From NCBI GenBank assembly GCA_012295275.1, contig CM022677.1:17918001-17982000 (forward strand): a stretch of 64,000 nucleotides of DNA, written 5' to 3'. This DNA is from Chrysomallon squamiferum (Eukaryota; Animalia; Mollusca). Positions 27,249 through 41,235 of this stretch are shown here, piece by piece (positions within the stretch are counted from its first letter, which is position 1; each line of letters starts with the position of its first letter). Under the pieces are notes generated by a model. It ran no database searches, had not been told where the DNA came from, and was given only the letters and a program-made list of their open reading frames with translations. A program made the position numbers and the translations under genes.

Positions 27249-29554
27249 AAATAAGAACAATAATAATCATAATAATAGTAATAGTAGTAATAAACCACTA
27301 AACAAATAAAGTATTAATAAAATACTAAATACATACAAAAAATATATTACCTTCATTTATACTTACGATTTAGTTACGTATTTAAATTTTGTTTCAATTT
27401 TTAAAATTATATTTCTGTTACAAATTTATTTTATAATTATTATTTTTAAATTTTTTTTTTTTTTTTAATTTAAAACTTTTCTAAAACATCTTATAAGAGA
27501 ATAAAACTAAATTTTTTTAGATTCAGAAACCTGCTGCCCATCCAATGACTTCGCACGGAGCTATTATTCAATATCAGGTTCGTTGTCCACTCAGATCACA
27601 GTTTGCAAAGCAGTGAGCCAATCAAAATCTTTATTACAAAAGACTTTTACTTAAAGTCAGTTCTGTTAGTTCTTTGCACTGCACTGCATGTTTCTTGTTT
27701 TCTTTCTTTATTTTCTTTTTTCTAATATTATTTATTAATAGTTGTTAACTTGTTTTTTTTAATTGAAATTTTAAATAAATAAATAAAAATGTATAAATAT
27801 TGTTAGATAAAAAAAATAACGTTTATATTTTGATGTTTAGTTTTTATTTAAAGCATTTTAAATAAATTATTAACTAAATAGATTTTGAATTGAATATTTA
27901 TTTAACTAAAAATAATATTTGAAATGTATATATAATCTGCCATTATGAACAAATGTTGCATGTAGCAAAATTACATTAATAAACAAATAATTTAAATTGA
28001 ATTGAATTTATGAAGAAAATTAAAAAAAAAAAAACAATAATAAAAAAACAATACAGAAAACAAAAGTAAAAATGAAATAGTACTAATATATAACATAATA
28101 ATATTTTGAAATTTTTTTGATTAATCTGAAAATAAAAATTATAGATTTTTTGTTGTTGGAAGTCAAATTATATACTACAAAATATTTTATACACAATGGA
28201 ATTATTTATATTGGAGAAAGAGAATTAATGATGTTTAAATGAATTAAAATTAATTTAATATTCAGAATCACTGTGCAGAACTGTTGAAAATTTGAAAGAT
28301 TGAAATAATAATAATAATAATTTCTATAAAACATTAATATATGTTCTTAAAAAAGAAAAGAAAAAGAAAATAGAAAAAAAAAAAGAGAATAAATAAAAAA
28401 AAGAAGAAATAATATGAAACTGTTTATTAAGACAAAACATCTAAATGAACTAATTTCGCATTTAAATATTGTATACTTTTTTCATTGTTGATCTGTTTAA
28501 TAAGTGCTGCTTGTTTCAAATTCTTTGATGTCTCTGTAACACTAAGTATTATTCTCTACAATTTCTGTCATGCATGAATAAAATATCTTTATGGCATGTG
28601 CATTAATGGTTTTTTATCACCCCTTCTCACATAACATTTTGTTTCTTTCTACTTTTCATGTCAGAATTTTTTTATTTTATTATTTAACTTCATTGTTAGA
28701 ATAAAATGTATCATTTTATTATAGATATATATGTTTAAAAGGAAAGGCTATTTTCTTTACTAAGATCTTAGATTTTCCTTTTTGTTTATTTATATTTTTT
28801 AAGTATCAGTGCAAAAAGACAAATGTATTACTGATGACTCAAACTTTCAACTTCATTTGCACGTTTAAACTCTTAACTCGGTCTTTCAGGGATTTTTGTG
28901 TTGTAAAATTTTTTGCCTTTTTTCTTATTATATTTCAAAGTTGTTAAGCATCCATGAAATCTTTTCCCAAAACAACACATCCATCAAGAGAGAAAATAAT
29001 AAAATAAAATAAAATTAAATAGATTTAATTAAATAAAAAATTAATTAATTTAATTGACTGTAATTATTTAATTCACAGAACTTGGCTGGTATACCGGGAA
29101 TGCTACCAGAACAATTCCTGCCCCAGATGCAGCAGGCAGCTTTCATTGGACCACCCACAGTTACCGTGTCAACAATGCCACACCCAGCCCTTGGAGCCAC
29201 GCCCATAATAGCTAGTCCCACCACTAATGTGAACACCTCACCATCGCAATCAAACGCTCCTTGCTCAACATTGTTTGTAGCTAACCTGGGATCTTTTTGT
29301 TCAGAACAGGAGTTGAAAGACTTGTTTACAACGTAAGTGTTTTATTGATTTGTTTATTTATTGTGCCATTATTATTATTATTATTATTATTATTAAAATT
29401 ATTACTATTATATCATTTATTTATTGTAATTATTTTTACTGTTGTTAAATATTATTATTTTATTATTAATATTATTAATTTATTAATTTATTATTTTTCT
29501 GATTATTTATTGTTGTAAGTAATTCATTATTTTTTTTTTTTACAATCTTTTAAA

Positions 29555-29585
<31 letters not shown>

Positions 29586-32500
29586 TTAGAATTATAAACT
29601 CAGTCATGCACCCAATGCATATTAATATGTTTGTTAAATTTTATTTTATTAATATATTTTTATATATATAAAAATTAATTTATTATTGATTAATTTAAAA
29701 CAAGAAAAAGTAATAGAGCATGTTACATACTGATTTATTTTTACATGCAAACAGTTGTTATGAAAAATAATTTATGTTAAAATACATGTATTGCTGATAT
29801 GAAAATATATATTTTTTTTATATCTTTTATTCTTTTGAGTCATGATATTCAGAAAATGTGTTTGTGTATAGTTTTAAACAGAAAGTAAAGCATGGCCCCC
29901 TTTTTTTGAGCACAAATTTTAACAAATATTTTCTAGATTTTTTTTTTTTTTACTTTTTCACATTCCTTAGTCCATTTTTTTGCAACAATAACAAAACAGG
30001 CATAGACATTTAAATAAAAAAAAATAAAAAAAATAAAAAATTTCAGATTATTAAAAGTGAATCTTGGGGATGGTGGAGTTGTTTTGTGTATGACATTATA
30101 GTTTTATAGCAACAAATTGCATTGATGTATGTACTGCATGCTAAAACTATAACTAATAACCAAAAATCATTGACACATGAACAACAGATATTAAGATATA
30201 GAAAGACATAAAGGTAATAATAATAATATAATAAAATTAGAATAATAATAAATAAAATAATATAAATAATATTCAATAAACATAAATCTGATCACAATCT
30301 AGATTCCTGCTAATACAAGAAATATTTAAAAATAAATTAAAAAACCTAAAATAAATATAAAAAAAATAAAAATAATTACCAAAAAATAATGATAATAATA
30401 ATAATAAAAAAAAACAACTAAAAACTAAAATAAAAATAAATAATACAATCAAACTATTCCAGAAGACAATGGTGATAAACTGAATGTTAGCTGTGGTGAT
30501 GGCATGGAAAAGGTTAAATATTATTGATGTATTTTTTTGCCAGAGATTTGTTTATTTTTTTTTCTTGTGCATTTTCAATTCTGCACTAGTCATCATATTC
30601 TTTGCTTTATTTGCACACCATAATGTAGATCAGGGTTTCTAATAATATATATTTCTTAAAAGCAAAACTAGTTAGGACCAAAATGGACATTATCAGACAA
30701 GATGTAGAATGACCGTACCTCAAAATTTATGAACACAAAGCCTAAAATAGCATAAAAATATTTTCCTATGATGTAGTCATAATATAAATCTAAGTAACTA
30801 GAGTAAATTAGATTTAGGGATATATATATATATTTCAGTAAATGAAGTAGGTATATCACTACATATTGATAAGTGTAAAAGGGGAACTGGTAATTAGTGA
30901 ACTGTAGATATGGATGGATGCAACAAAGGGTAAAAATGGCTTCTTGACACGGTATCTGATTAATCCTTTTCTTTATTGTAAATTCAAATTATATTACGAG
31001 ATTTCTGTGGTGATGTAGTTTATAATGTATTTTCGTTTACTATTTATTATTTTGTCCAGTGAAGTAATAACAGAAATATGAAACAAAGGGTTGTCATCTA
31101 TAAAATTAGGAGAAACAGTTAATAATAATAATAATAATAATATAGTAAAAAATTATATAACAAAAATATTTAAAAAAAAAATAATAATAATAATAATAAT
31201 GTAAGAAATAAAAAAACAACATCAACAACAAATAAATAAATAAATAAATAAATAAAGCAAGCACTGGATGATGGGAATGTTACTTCCTGCACTAACATTT
31301 TCTGTGCAGCTACTGGCACTACTTTTTGATGTAATCCTACACACTTGCAGCCCAACCACAACATTGCAATGCATTATTGTTCTGTTATCTACAGCCATGA
31401 TCTATCAAGACTGAGTCTGTAAATACAAATCTCACAGAAGACTGAGTCGTCACTAAATATAAATATATGTAGAAGGCTGAGTCGCTGGTAAAATGTTTTT
31501 ATAAGACTGAGTTGTTACAAAAAATCCCAGTAAGACTGACTCTTTGGTAGAAAACACCCCAGAAGACTGAGCAGGTTTAAAAAAAAAAAAAATTCTTCTC
31601 AGTTATAATAGTGAAGTACAAAACTGAAATTTGGTTAAGTGACTCTACTGATGGTGCAGAACAATAATAATAAAACAAAAAGTAAATTGTCAATTCTGGG
31701 TTTAAACTGAATCCTTATTAGTTTAAGTTTAATACAAACAATTTAACTACTTTAAAACAACTTCCCCAAATTCTGTTCTTTGTAAGTTTCTAAACTCTTC
31801 ATTTATTACAATTAGAAATATTTGAAATCATTTCCTAAAATGTATCCAATATAAACTAATGCAATAAATATTCAAAATTTAAAAAAAAAAAAAAAAAAAG
31901 AAGTAAATAAAACATTAAGCTATGCAAGCATATAATTTTTCTGATCACTCCCTGAAATAAATAAATCAATAATGATTAAAAACTAGTAACTGAATTAAAC
32001 TATTTTTTTTCAAGAAAAAAAAAAAAAAAAAAGAAAGAAAAGAGAAAAAAAAGAAGAATTAAAAGTTTACATACAGAAAGATATTAAATAGGTAAACTTG
32101 ATGTCTAAATATAAATTCTGATAACAGTTAACGTAAAGAAGGATATAATTTTTTTTTTCTTGTCTGAGAATAAAAAGCCAGTTAATAAGTAATGTAAAGA
32201 AATAGAATAATTTTTCCAATCTAAGACTATTAATCAAGTGATGTAAAGAAAATAGTGTACAGGAAGTGTTGGTAGTCTTGATATGTTATGGTGTGTCTTC
32301 ATCTGCTGTTCTGTTTCTCTTACACATAGCCTCACTTGCCATTTCAGTTTCAAAGGGTTTTCACGTCTGCGAATGCACAATAAAGGAGGCTCCCCAGTAG
32401 CCTTTGTAGAATTTCAGGTCAGTCTCCCTTTTTGTACACAACCCTGCTTAATTTGTGACCATCCGTCATGAAAGGTACCAAAAGTGAGAGCAGTTTCTGT

Positions 32501-35369
32501 TGCTTTGTTTTAATTTCGGTAGTGGCTGTTTTAATAAATAGATTTTAAATGTTTTTTAAATTTCAGTTCATTAACATTTGTTAACCATTTTTTTTTTTTT
32601 TCCTCTGCTGGCTACTAACTTATTACTACTTTAAAGAGCATATAGTTTGTGTTTCTGAATAAATAAACATCAAGAAATGAAGAAAAAAGTAAACAGAAAA
32701 AGCACTTTTATGTACCTTTCATGGCAGTTTGTCGCATTTATTATTTGTTACAATGAGTTGCAATTATTATTATTATTATTATTATTTTTTAAATATTGTG
32801 TGTGGTTATAGAATTTATTAACTGTTTTTTTGTTTTTTTAAAGTTACTTATTGAATCTATTATTTTGATTTCCTTTATTATCTTTGTAGAAAGAGTTTCA
32901 TCAAAGTTAAAATGGAGATACATTTGCAATAAAGTATAAACACTAATAATTTATTTTTGAACATTCAGCTTCAACATTGCCTTTCTTACAATGGTCTGAC
33001 ATTACAAGTCTGTTCAGAAAACAGGTCAGGTTCACATATGAAGGCATGTCTTTATAAGCAATGGAAAATGAAATATCTTCCATGAATTTATTAATTTATT
33101 TTTCTCTGGAATGGGAGTTCATTAATTCAATAGGCTCAAACTGAGGGATATCAAACTTACATTATAACGGAGGGATACTGTCTCTTTACTCATAACTGAT
33201 TACTTATATTCCATTCTGTCAAACTTATGTTAATCTTCTCTACACAAGACTAAAGGGTTTTGTGATCAAATCCCTTTGATGTGCTTATTTTATATTGTCC
33301 ATTTCTGACCAGTTACTCATGTCTAAAGCATGGCAAGAATGGATGAAATTGTTAATAAAGGAACACTACTTTTATGTTTTGTTTTTAACAATGACAATTA
33401 TACAAACAACTGATCTTTTATAAACAATGAAGCTCACATTATATCTTTGATATAGCAGAGCAACCAGGTGGATTAGGAAATTGTCCAGTGTGTAGTGTAA
33501 GGAAGACTGATAATGTGAATAACCTCTCCTAATGAATTACAAATTAATTATTAAAAATGATAATGCCACATTAAAAACAAACATACAAGAAATAAATAAA
33601 GAAAATACACTTTTTAAATCTGATTTATGAATTCTATGACAAACACACATTAATATTTATATATAAATATATATATGTATGCTACACTGTGCATTTGGCA
33701 TCTTTTACATTTATATATTTTTTTTTTACATATTTATTTATGCACTACCATGAAACAAACACTCTTTGCTGTATGTTAATGTAGAAAATGAATACATATT
33801 CTAGAAAGAGTAAAATTTTATCCCACCCCAGTTTATTTATTATTATTTAGTTTATTATCTTTTTGTCACACTATGTGTAAAAATAAAATAAATGTATGAG
33901 TAAAAATATTCTAAGATATGCAATTTTATTATTATGTAAATATTTGCCTGGCAATTAACAGCTTTTAAAAATTTTCAGAATATATTGCTAGTCTTTATCA
34001 GAATATATTATTTAATATAATAGCTAAACATTAATAATACAGAAACATTTATATTAAAGCATGGTTGCACTGGCTATAAATATTGCCATGTAATATAAGG
34101 CAAAACCATTTTAATTTGGCCATGCTATCAATAGAAATGATTACTGGAATGATTATTGAAAAGTAGATAAATTAAATAATCATTACTGTCAGTTCTAGAA
34201 AGATTAAAAGTAATTAATTAAGTACAGCAATAAAAACAAACATTCTAACAACATAGATTAATGAAAAGAAAAATGATTCAAATAATTATTGGTAATAATT
34301 GATTAAATAACTTAAAATCAATATTGATTCAGTCATTTGCAATTTCATGAAAATTTCAGCAAGTCTGAACAATTTCTTTGAACAGCTGCATCAGGCAATT
34401 TTTTTTCTTTCTATGTTTTAACAGATAAACAAAAGTTTGTGTTAGCTGTTAATGCTTAAAGTGATATCACATTTTTTAATGAAAAGATATATAACATTTC
34501 TACAGTTCATTCTAAAGTTGAAGTTTTTCATCAATCATGAAAAATATTTTACAACATATCTCAGCAAGTTTGTAATCTTCTGAACATTTGAAAGAATAAC
34601 ATAAAATGCAGTTTATACCCTAAGCATCATTTAATTTTTTTTTTTTTTAAAGGTTTAATTTAATATTTGTCAATTGTGAGAATGCAAAATCTTCATTTTT
34701 TAAAATACTTTTAAGAAAATAATTTGTACCAGCAAAGATACTGCAATCATTAATCTTTGAGTCTTTTTAACAAAACTCCATCTAAACATATTAAACATAT
34801 TATTGATCAGATGGATTGACATATTGCAAGGATCATAGTTAACAAGATCCAGGCTTCCACTTGAAAAGCAGAACTCAACACCCTCAAAATATTTACTGCA
34901 TTTTTAAATTTATTTCAGAAATCTGTTTTATTAAAAAAAATATAAAGATTATTTTAATTTTGAGCAAAATACAGACTTGTATCAGTCTACCCAATACTTT
35001 GTATAATTACTAATATTTTTTGTCTTTAAATTAAATTTTTCATAGTTTATTAGCTAACTGACTGTTACGGTGAAATGCATGTTACAATGTATATATGACA
35101 TCTCTCTCTCTCTCACATAGATTCTTGGTCAAGAAGTCACTAACTGTCAGTATCTCTCTGCCTGTCTGTCAATCTCTCCCTCCCTCTCTCTCTCATACAC
35201 AGATTCTTCTTTTTATTATTTTTATTGTTTTTTTATTTCAGGATGTAAGTCAAGAAGTTTATGGCACTGCTGTCATGAATCTCTTTCTCTCTATCTCTCT
35301 CATATATATCCTGACTTTTATTTTATTTTAATTTTAGGATACAAGTCAAGAAGCTACTGTCGTCCGTCC

Positions 35370-35468
<99 letters not shown>

Positions 35469-36404
35469 GTATTTTTGTTTTCTATGCTTCAGGATGTAAG
35501 TCAAGCTGCCACTGTCATGAATCGCCTGCAAGGTTTTGTTCTCCTCTCATCTGACCGGGGAGGTCTACGTATTGAATATGCAAAAAACAAAATGGGCGAA
35601 GTGGTGAGTGGAGTATAAGCATCTCTGAACAAACAATCAAGTAAGAATACTTTATTTCTCAACCTGAAACAGTAAGAATGCTTTATTTTCCACACTACGA
35701 AAATAGTAAGAATACTCTATTTTTCATCTACTGAGAAAACTTTGTTTTTCACACTATGAAAATACTGAGAACACTTTATTTTTCACACTATGAAAATACT
35801 GAGAACACTTTATTTTTCACACTATGAAAATACTGAGAATACTTTATTTTTTACACTGAAAATAGTAAGAATGCTCTATTTTTCACACAAAATATGAAAA
35901 TAGTGAGAATACTTTGTCAATAGAATATATTATTTTTCACACTGAAAATAGAAAAAAAAAAAAAAATTTACACTGAAAATAATACTATAAATTACTTCAG
36001 AAGACTGGTCAAATTGAAAAAAAATAAAAATAAAAATATAAAAACAAGTAAATAAATAAATAATAATAAATTGCCATTCTTTGACAACACTACATAATAA
36101 AAGAAGCCGATTCTTGTTAAGGAGTGATTCCATGTCAAAAAAGTCTAAATTTGGGGTCCTGTATCACTAAAAACCACTGCTCTCATTGAATTAATATCTT
36201 GAAATTTGTCAAGTCAAAACTATTTACCAGATCTCATCAAAATTTAAAATGGTGAGGTTAAACCCATCTGACATGGAATGACCCTAAACACTCATTCATT
36301 CGTTTGAGCCAATCTATAAATTTTCTTTTCCTTATTTTCAGGGCAAAAAAGAAGAAATTTTGTCTTTTAACAATAATTGTGTTTCCATGGCATCACTTTA
36401 TTAA
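10659..36404 (+). CDS. cpo: Couch potato / RBPMS / MEC-8 family RNA-binding protein with two RRMs (multi-exon, 5'-incomplete)
   Basis: The spliced translation [88 protein letters not shown] matches the cpo/RBPMS RRM. The second RRM reads [10 protein letters not shown]...[25 protein letters not shown]...[16 protein letters not shown]. All junctions are GT-AG and phase-consistent. Confidence 0.95.
12400..12935. repeat. Degenerate tandem repeat, unit about 105-125 bp
   Basis: Recurrent (gaaatttca)rtataatgtcctttyatacagt near 12460, 12580, 12695, 12800 and 12910. Confidence 0.75.
15488..15544 (+). CDS. cpo: cpo alternative RRM1 exon A ([19 protein letters not shown])
   Basis: ttttctcttttattgcag|GGT...GCT|gtgagt; 57 nt; phase 0-0; open frame; paralogous to the exon at 16719. 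Confidence 0.8.
16719..16772 (+). CDS. cpo: cpo canonical RRM1 exon B ([18 protein letters not shown])
   Basis: cattgcag|GGA...TCA|gtaagt; 54 nt; phase 0-0; canonical GYEGSLLK motif. Confidence 0.95.
18979..19041 (+). CDS. cpo: cpo exon with RNP1 ([21 protein letters not shown])
   Basis: tttcgcag|CCT...CAG|gtgaga; 63 nt. Confidence 0.95.
19571..19709 (+). CDS. cpo: cpo exon, end of RRM1 ([27 protein letters not shown]...HPLTG)
   Basis: ttctag|GGT...GGG C|gtgagt; 139 nt; ends in phase 1. Confidence 0.95.
23262..23410 (+). CDS. cpo: cpo linker exon ([20 protein letters not shown]...[10 protein letters not shown])
   Basis: ttgcag|AA GAG; open in phase 1; cpo-like FFPG..E.W..HPL and HPAL motifs; donors after 23398 (gtacaa) or 23410 (gtaaat). 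Confidence 0.88.
27521..27577 (+). CDS. cpo: Probable cpo cassette exon ([19 protein letters not shown])
   Basis: actaaatttttttag|ATT...CAG|gttcgt; 57 nt; symmetric phase 0; GC-richer island inside an AT-rich intron. Confidence 0.65.
29079..29332 (+). CDS. cpo: cpo exon, Pro/Ala/Thr-rich linker and start of RRM2 (...[24 protein letters not shown])
   Basis: ORF 29082-29336; cacag| acceptor; AC|gtaagt donor; RNP2 LFVANL. Confidence 0.9.
31405..31572. repeat. Degenerate minisatellite, unit about 30 bp (aagactgagt core)
   Basis: Six spaced copies of aagactga or a variant. Confidence 0.75.
32348..32417 (+). CDS. cpo: cpo RRM2 exon ([23 protein letters not shown])
   Basis: atttcag|T TTC...CAG|gtcagt; phase 2 to 0; RNP1-like PVAFVEF. 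Confidence 0.93.
35493..35603 (+). CDS. cpo: cpo exon, end of RRM2 ([37 protein letters not shown])
   Basis: gcttcag|GAT...GTG|gtgagt; 111 nt; SSDRGG.RIEYAK motif. Confidence 0.93.
35640..35985. repeat. Minisatellite, unit about 34 bp (tatgaaaatactgagaacactttatttttcacac)
   Basis: Near-perfect copies at 35755-35860 with degenerate flanking copies. Confidence 0.9.
36342..36404 (+). CDS. cpo: Probable terminal cpo coding exon ([20 protein letters not shown])
   Basis: Strong pyrimidine tract ttttcttttccttattttcag|GGC; phase 0; TAA at 36402-36404. Confidence 0.65.
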   Translation, partial: GKKEEILSFNNNCVSMASLY

Positions 36405-37521
36405 GATGCTGTTCCTCTGGGGATGTATGGACCATTCAATTGTGATATATTACAATCATAACTTATCAATTGTGTTGTTACGGCAACAGTGTTCTTTATT
36501 ATGATTTTTTTTTTTTTTTTTAAAGTTGTCGTAACTCTTGTGTTCATCTTTCTTTGAGGAGAAGACAACTCTGTCATAACAAATGCTATAGATATATATA
36601 TATATATATATATACATACAAATTGTTTACATTCTGTAAAATACATATATTATTTTACACCTAGGGTGTTCCAAGTGTCCAAAATGAAAATAAAATTCTT
36701 TTTACTGACAGCTTTGTGCATTCATATATAAAATCTGTCTAGATTTTCTGCTTAGTAATATCATTTTGACTGATGCAATACTATTTTCATCATCTGTGGG
36801 TTTTTTTTTTTTTATTAAACTTATTATTTATATATATAATATATACACACATTATTTACTAATAATAAAATCAAAAATATGAAATATCCCACACTTATGT
36901 TCAGCAGAAGATGACTTTTGGGACACCCTTATGACATACATTGAATGAAAAAAGATGTTTTAAACAATTTTGTTTTTAATACTGGTAAAATTTCTGTTTT
37001 TCTGTCAATGAACAAGAGTTTTGATTATGTAGCATTATAAATATATATTGCATGGCAATCTTGTTACTAATTATTTTGAGGTGTTTTTTATTATTTTTTT
37101 ATTTATTTTTGTTATTCAAGCTTGGAAAATCAAATGTAGATTATAGGTATCTGTTGTCTATGACTGTTAATATTAACAAAAGACAGAGTCCTTATTTCAT
37201 ATGTTGGCGTTTTTAATATTTAAATACTTGATGTTAAATATTGTTTCTTTTTTATTATTTGTTTTTGTTTTCTTGAGTATTTTTGTCAAAAATCAAATGC
37301 TGTCTAGTGATAATATATATATATGTATGTTATTATTATGTTCAGTTTAGCAGAAGTAATTTCTGGGGTTTTAAAAGAGAAAAAAAAAAAAAAAAAAAAT
37401 ATTTATGGGGCAGACAACCTTGTTGACAATATGTAACTCTTGGAAAAGTTCAAATTAGTGACATTCCAATCTTATACTGCTTGATTAAAAATTAAAAAAA
37501 ATAAAATCTAAGAATCTTTTG

Positions 37522-37554
<33 letters not shown>

Positions 37555-40500
37555 TAAATATCTTTATCTGAACTATTAATGATTAATCAATTAATATGAT
37601 AATAATTAAAGTTTCTTAATTATTATTTAATATTGATAAACCTTTTTAATTTTTTTTAGGAAGTAATAAAATATAAATTGAAAAAAAGTATTCTTCTCGA
37701 TTTAGAAATGCAACATTTTCAATCTTATTTCATGAATTTCATATTAATTAAGCTTCCTTAATTTTTTTTGATTTCATTGTATATAAAATTTTCGAAATTT
37801 AAAACTGAAATTATCTTTGTTACACAAGGTTATCTGCCCTAAATATTATCTTTTCCGTCCAGCCTATTCAAACATATCTTTTAACAAATTCGAAATGTAC
37901 TTTCCATAGTGCATTAGCCACTTCTTGGCCTTTTCCTTCAGAAACAGTATCATAAATAATAAAACTCTGAAATTTAGCCTCTTTGGTGATAATATGCTGC
38001 CATGAATGCTTTTTAATTTACGTACTGCCATTTAGGACTTTATTATAATACTGATGTTTAATATTTTGGTGAAATGTAGGCCTGTTTGGTAATGAAAATT
38101 GGGCATTTAATAACGAAACACTGGAATTTAGCTTTTTTAAGAATACAAATTTGGATTAATTTAGATTTCACCAGATGGATATAAATTGTTTTGCCGCATA
38201 ATAAAAATTTAAATAAACAAATAAAAATAAAATAAAATAAAAATATTGGTCATAAAAGGGAACACTTTTATTTTTTTAATAATGAAACATTCCGGTTTTG
38301 ATATGTATTTTCACGTACAGTGCAAACATAAGTAAAAAAAAATCATGGAAGTTTTCAAAATTGTTTTATAATATTATTTATATTTCTCTGTAATTCCAGT
38401 GTTTTAGAATTATTCAGTTGCTTATGTCTGTCATTATTATTAGCAAAATACATATTAGGAATTATATGAAAATGACTTTTATTTCATATTTTCATTTATA
38501 AAATTTAAATTTATAATATCCATTTAACCGTATACATGAAATTCAGTTTCTAGTATATAAAAGTCCATCAACCCCTCAAAAAAATTAAAATAAAACCTGA
38601 ACAAAAGCAATGAAGAATCAAAAGAATTTCTGTTACTTTCTTTAAAATTTCATAGTATTTTTTTTTGTTTTGTCCCTACTTTTTATAAATTAGAAAACAA
38701 ATTTTAATATGTAGATATAATTATTCAATCTTACTTAATCAAAAAATAAATTTAAACAAAATATTACAAATTTTAATATGTTAAATATTAAATATTACAA
38801 AATGTGAAATAAAATAAATTAGGAATTTCCAAAATTCCATTCCACATTTGTAATGCAAGAAAACAGAAGTATGAAATAAAAGTTTGCATTCCGCAAATAA
38901 ATATATTTATGACAGTTAGTTGCAATATTCTGAGAATGTTTGTTGCAATATTCTGAGAATATCAGTTGTCTGTAATTTCTGTGAATCTATGATTTACATT
39001 CATAAAAAAATCCAAGATTTCCTACATTACTGGATGGAAAAAGTTTTCATAATTTTCTCCAAACTGTTTTTATAAGAAATCCAAGATAAAAAATTGATGT
39101 ATTTATTTTAAGCTAAAATCCATTATCCAGAATTTGTCTTCTGTGTAACACACAGAGCTGTATGTTCTAAGAATTATTTATATCAAAGTGTCTAGGAATT
39201 CCATATTTAAAAGTGTTTATGAATTATGTATGTTGGGAAAAATTTAGGTTTTTTTTGTAAAATAGATTTGTGCATTTCTGGAAAAATCACTAGTTTGTAG
39301 TCTATGAAACTCAGAGTGTGTGTATTTTAAGAAAATCCATAAAGCTTAAAACAATTCTAGAATTTTCTTCTATATTCTGCTAAGAAAAAGAAAACGAAAG
39401 AGAGAGAAGTCCCAAGATTAATTCTGTGAAAAATCTAAAATTGATATGTTCTAAGAAAGAGAAATCAAATGTTCCTGTCTTCTAAGAAATTCCAAGATTT
39501 ATGAATTGTTTACATCTGTTACTATATTCAAAAGTTTGAAATCCTGTGTTTTATTAATTTAAATTATAGTTTAGGTGTTTGAACTCTTTAATTGAAATCC
39601 CCTCCTCATACCAATACTTTTATTATAATGGAATGTGTATTATACAGGGTATGGTTTGTGCAATTGTACCTGGTTCTCTGAAAGTGAAGAATATTTAAAA
39701 TTACTGTTAATTTTATTCTTATTATTATTCTCTTACTTGTTACAGTTTTACAGGGTGTTGTAAAGTGCAATTCTATATGTAAATTGTCTCATTATTATTT
39801 GTTTGTCTTCTTTTTCTTTATTAAAATTAAAAATTTTAACAATTTAATACTACATTCATTGATTTTTCTATTATTAAAATACATTTAACAAAATAATCAT
39901 GATATTTAATAAACAAATTAATTTTTGTTATTTTATTTTCAAATGTTATTTAACTTACTTTCCTTTTTTTTTATTTTTTTTTATTTATTAAAAGCTTTTT
40001 GATGTATTTATTTATTTATTTTTGTGATATTTCCTATCCAACCCTGTTCTTAGTAAGTCACATCCAAACTAATTTTCATGAAACCAAAAAAAAAAAAAAA
40101 AAAATTCTGATAATTCTAAGATTATTTTCGATAATAAGATGTTATTGCTAGGAAAGATGGGCTAAAACTGGCAGTAACAATTTTCTCTGTATAGTAAGTT
40201 AAATATGTATCTGTTATATATATATATAATCAGAGCTTATATTATATACAATGAAGAAATGAGGGTAAAAAAAAAAAACACAACAAAAAAAAAGTTTTCA
40301 GTTGTATTGCAATATTTAGTTTAACAGTCATAACTTGGCTTGCATTAAAATACATACTACAGTTCAATGTATTAATTATATATTAGCCAATATAGATATT
40401 GATATAAATCATATATGAAATGTGTGTTTTGCGATAATGATTGTACTTGTATATAAAAAATGTTTCTTTTAAATATTTCAGATATGTAAGTAAAAAAAAA

Positions 40501-41204
40501 TATATATATATATCTTTGTTTTTGCTTGGCACTTAGGGTCAGACTTTGTACCAGTCAAAAACAAATTTTTTTGAAAATTGTTTTGTTATTAGAATATGTT
40601 GTTATAATACTCTGAATTTGTGGGTTTCGACTGTGGGTAAATTTGTGTTTTTAGAAATATATATACATATATATATATATTTTCTATTTTGTAAAATATG
40701 CTTGTTCGTTTGGAGCTTTGAAATAATAATAATTTTATTTTATTTTTCAAATTTGTTATTTATTACCAATGTAGTATTTGTAAAATAATGTTTTCTTTTT
40801 TTTATTTTTTTTTTTTTTTTTTTTTAATCCATTTTCTGCTTGTTCTTTATAGAAAATACATAACACCGAATAAAAATTTCAGATGAATTCAACATTTTGA
40901 TGAAAGAAATTGTAGATTTGTTGAAATTTGTTTCAGAAAATGTGTATATAAATTTTGGAGGAAGTAGGTAGCTGTATTTATAAAACTGGAAAAATTGCTA
41001 TGCAAGGTAGTTAAATAAAGATTAAGTGTTTGATGGACATTTCGTGTATTGCAAAAATATTAACGTTTAAATTTTACATTTTTAGAAGTTTAGAATTTTA
41101 AAAATTTCAGACATAACCAGATATTTGTCTATTTAAATTTCTTTTCATTTCTTTTTTTTTTTCTTTTTTTTTACGACTGATACTTTTAGAATGTTTTATT
41201 AGTA

Positions 41205-41235
<31 letters not shown>

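Noticed and set aside
35640-35985. 34-bp repeats (and the 30-bp repeats at 31405 and 62180) as CRISPR-like arrays
   Set aside because: The units are head-to-tail without unique spacers, the context is eukaryotic, and there are no cas genes. These are ordinary minisatellites.
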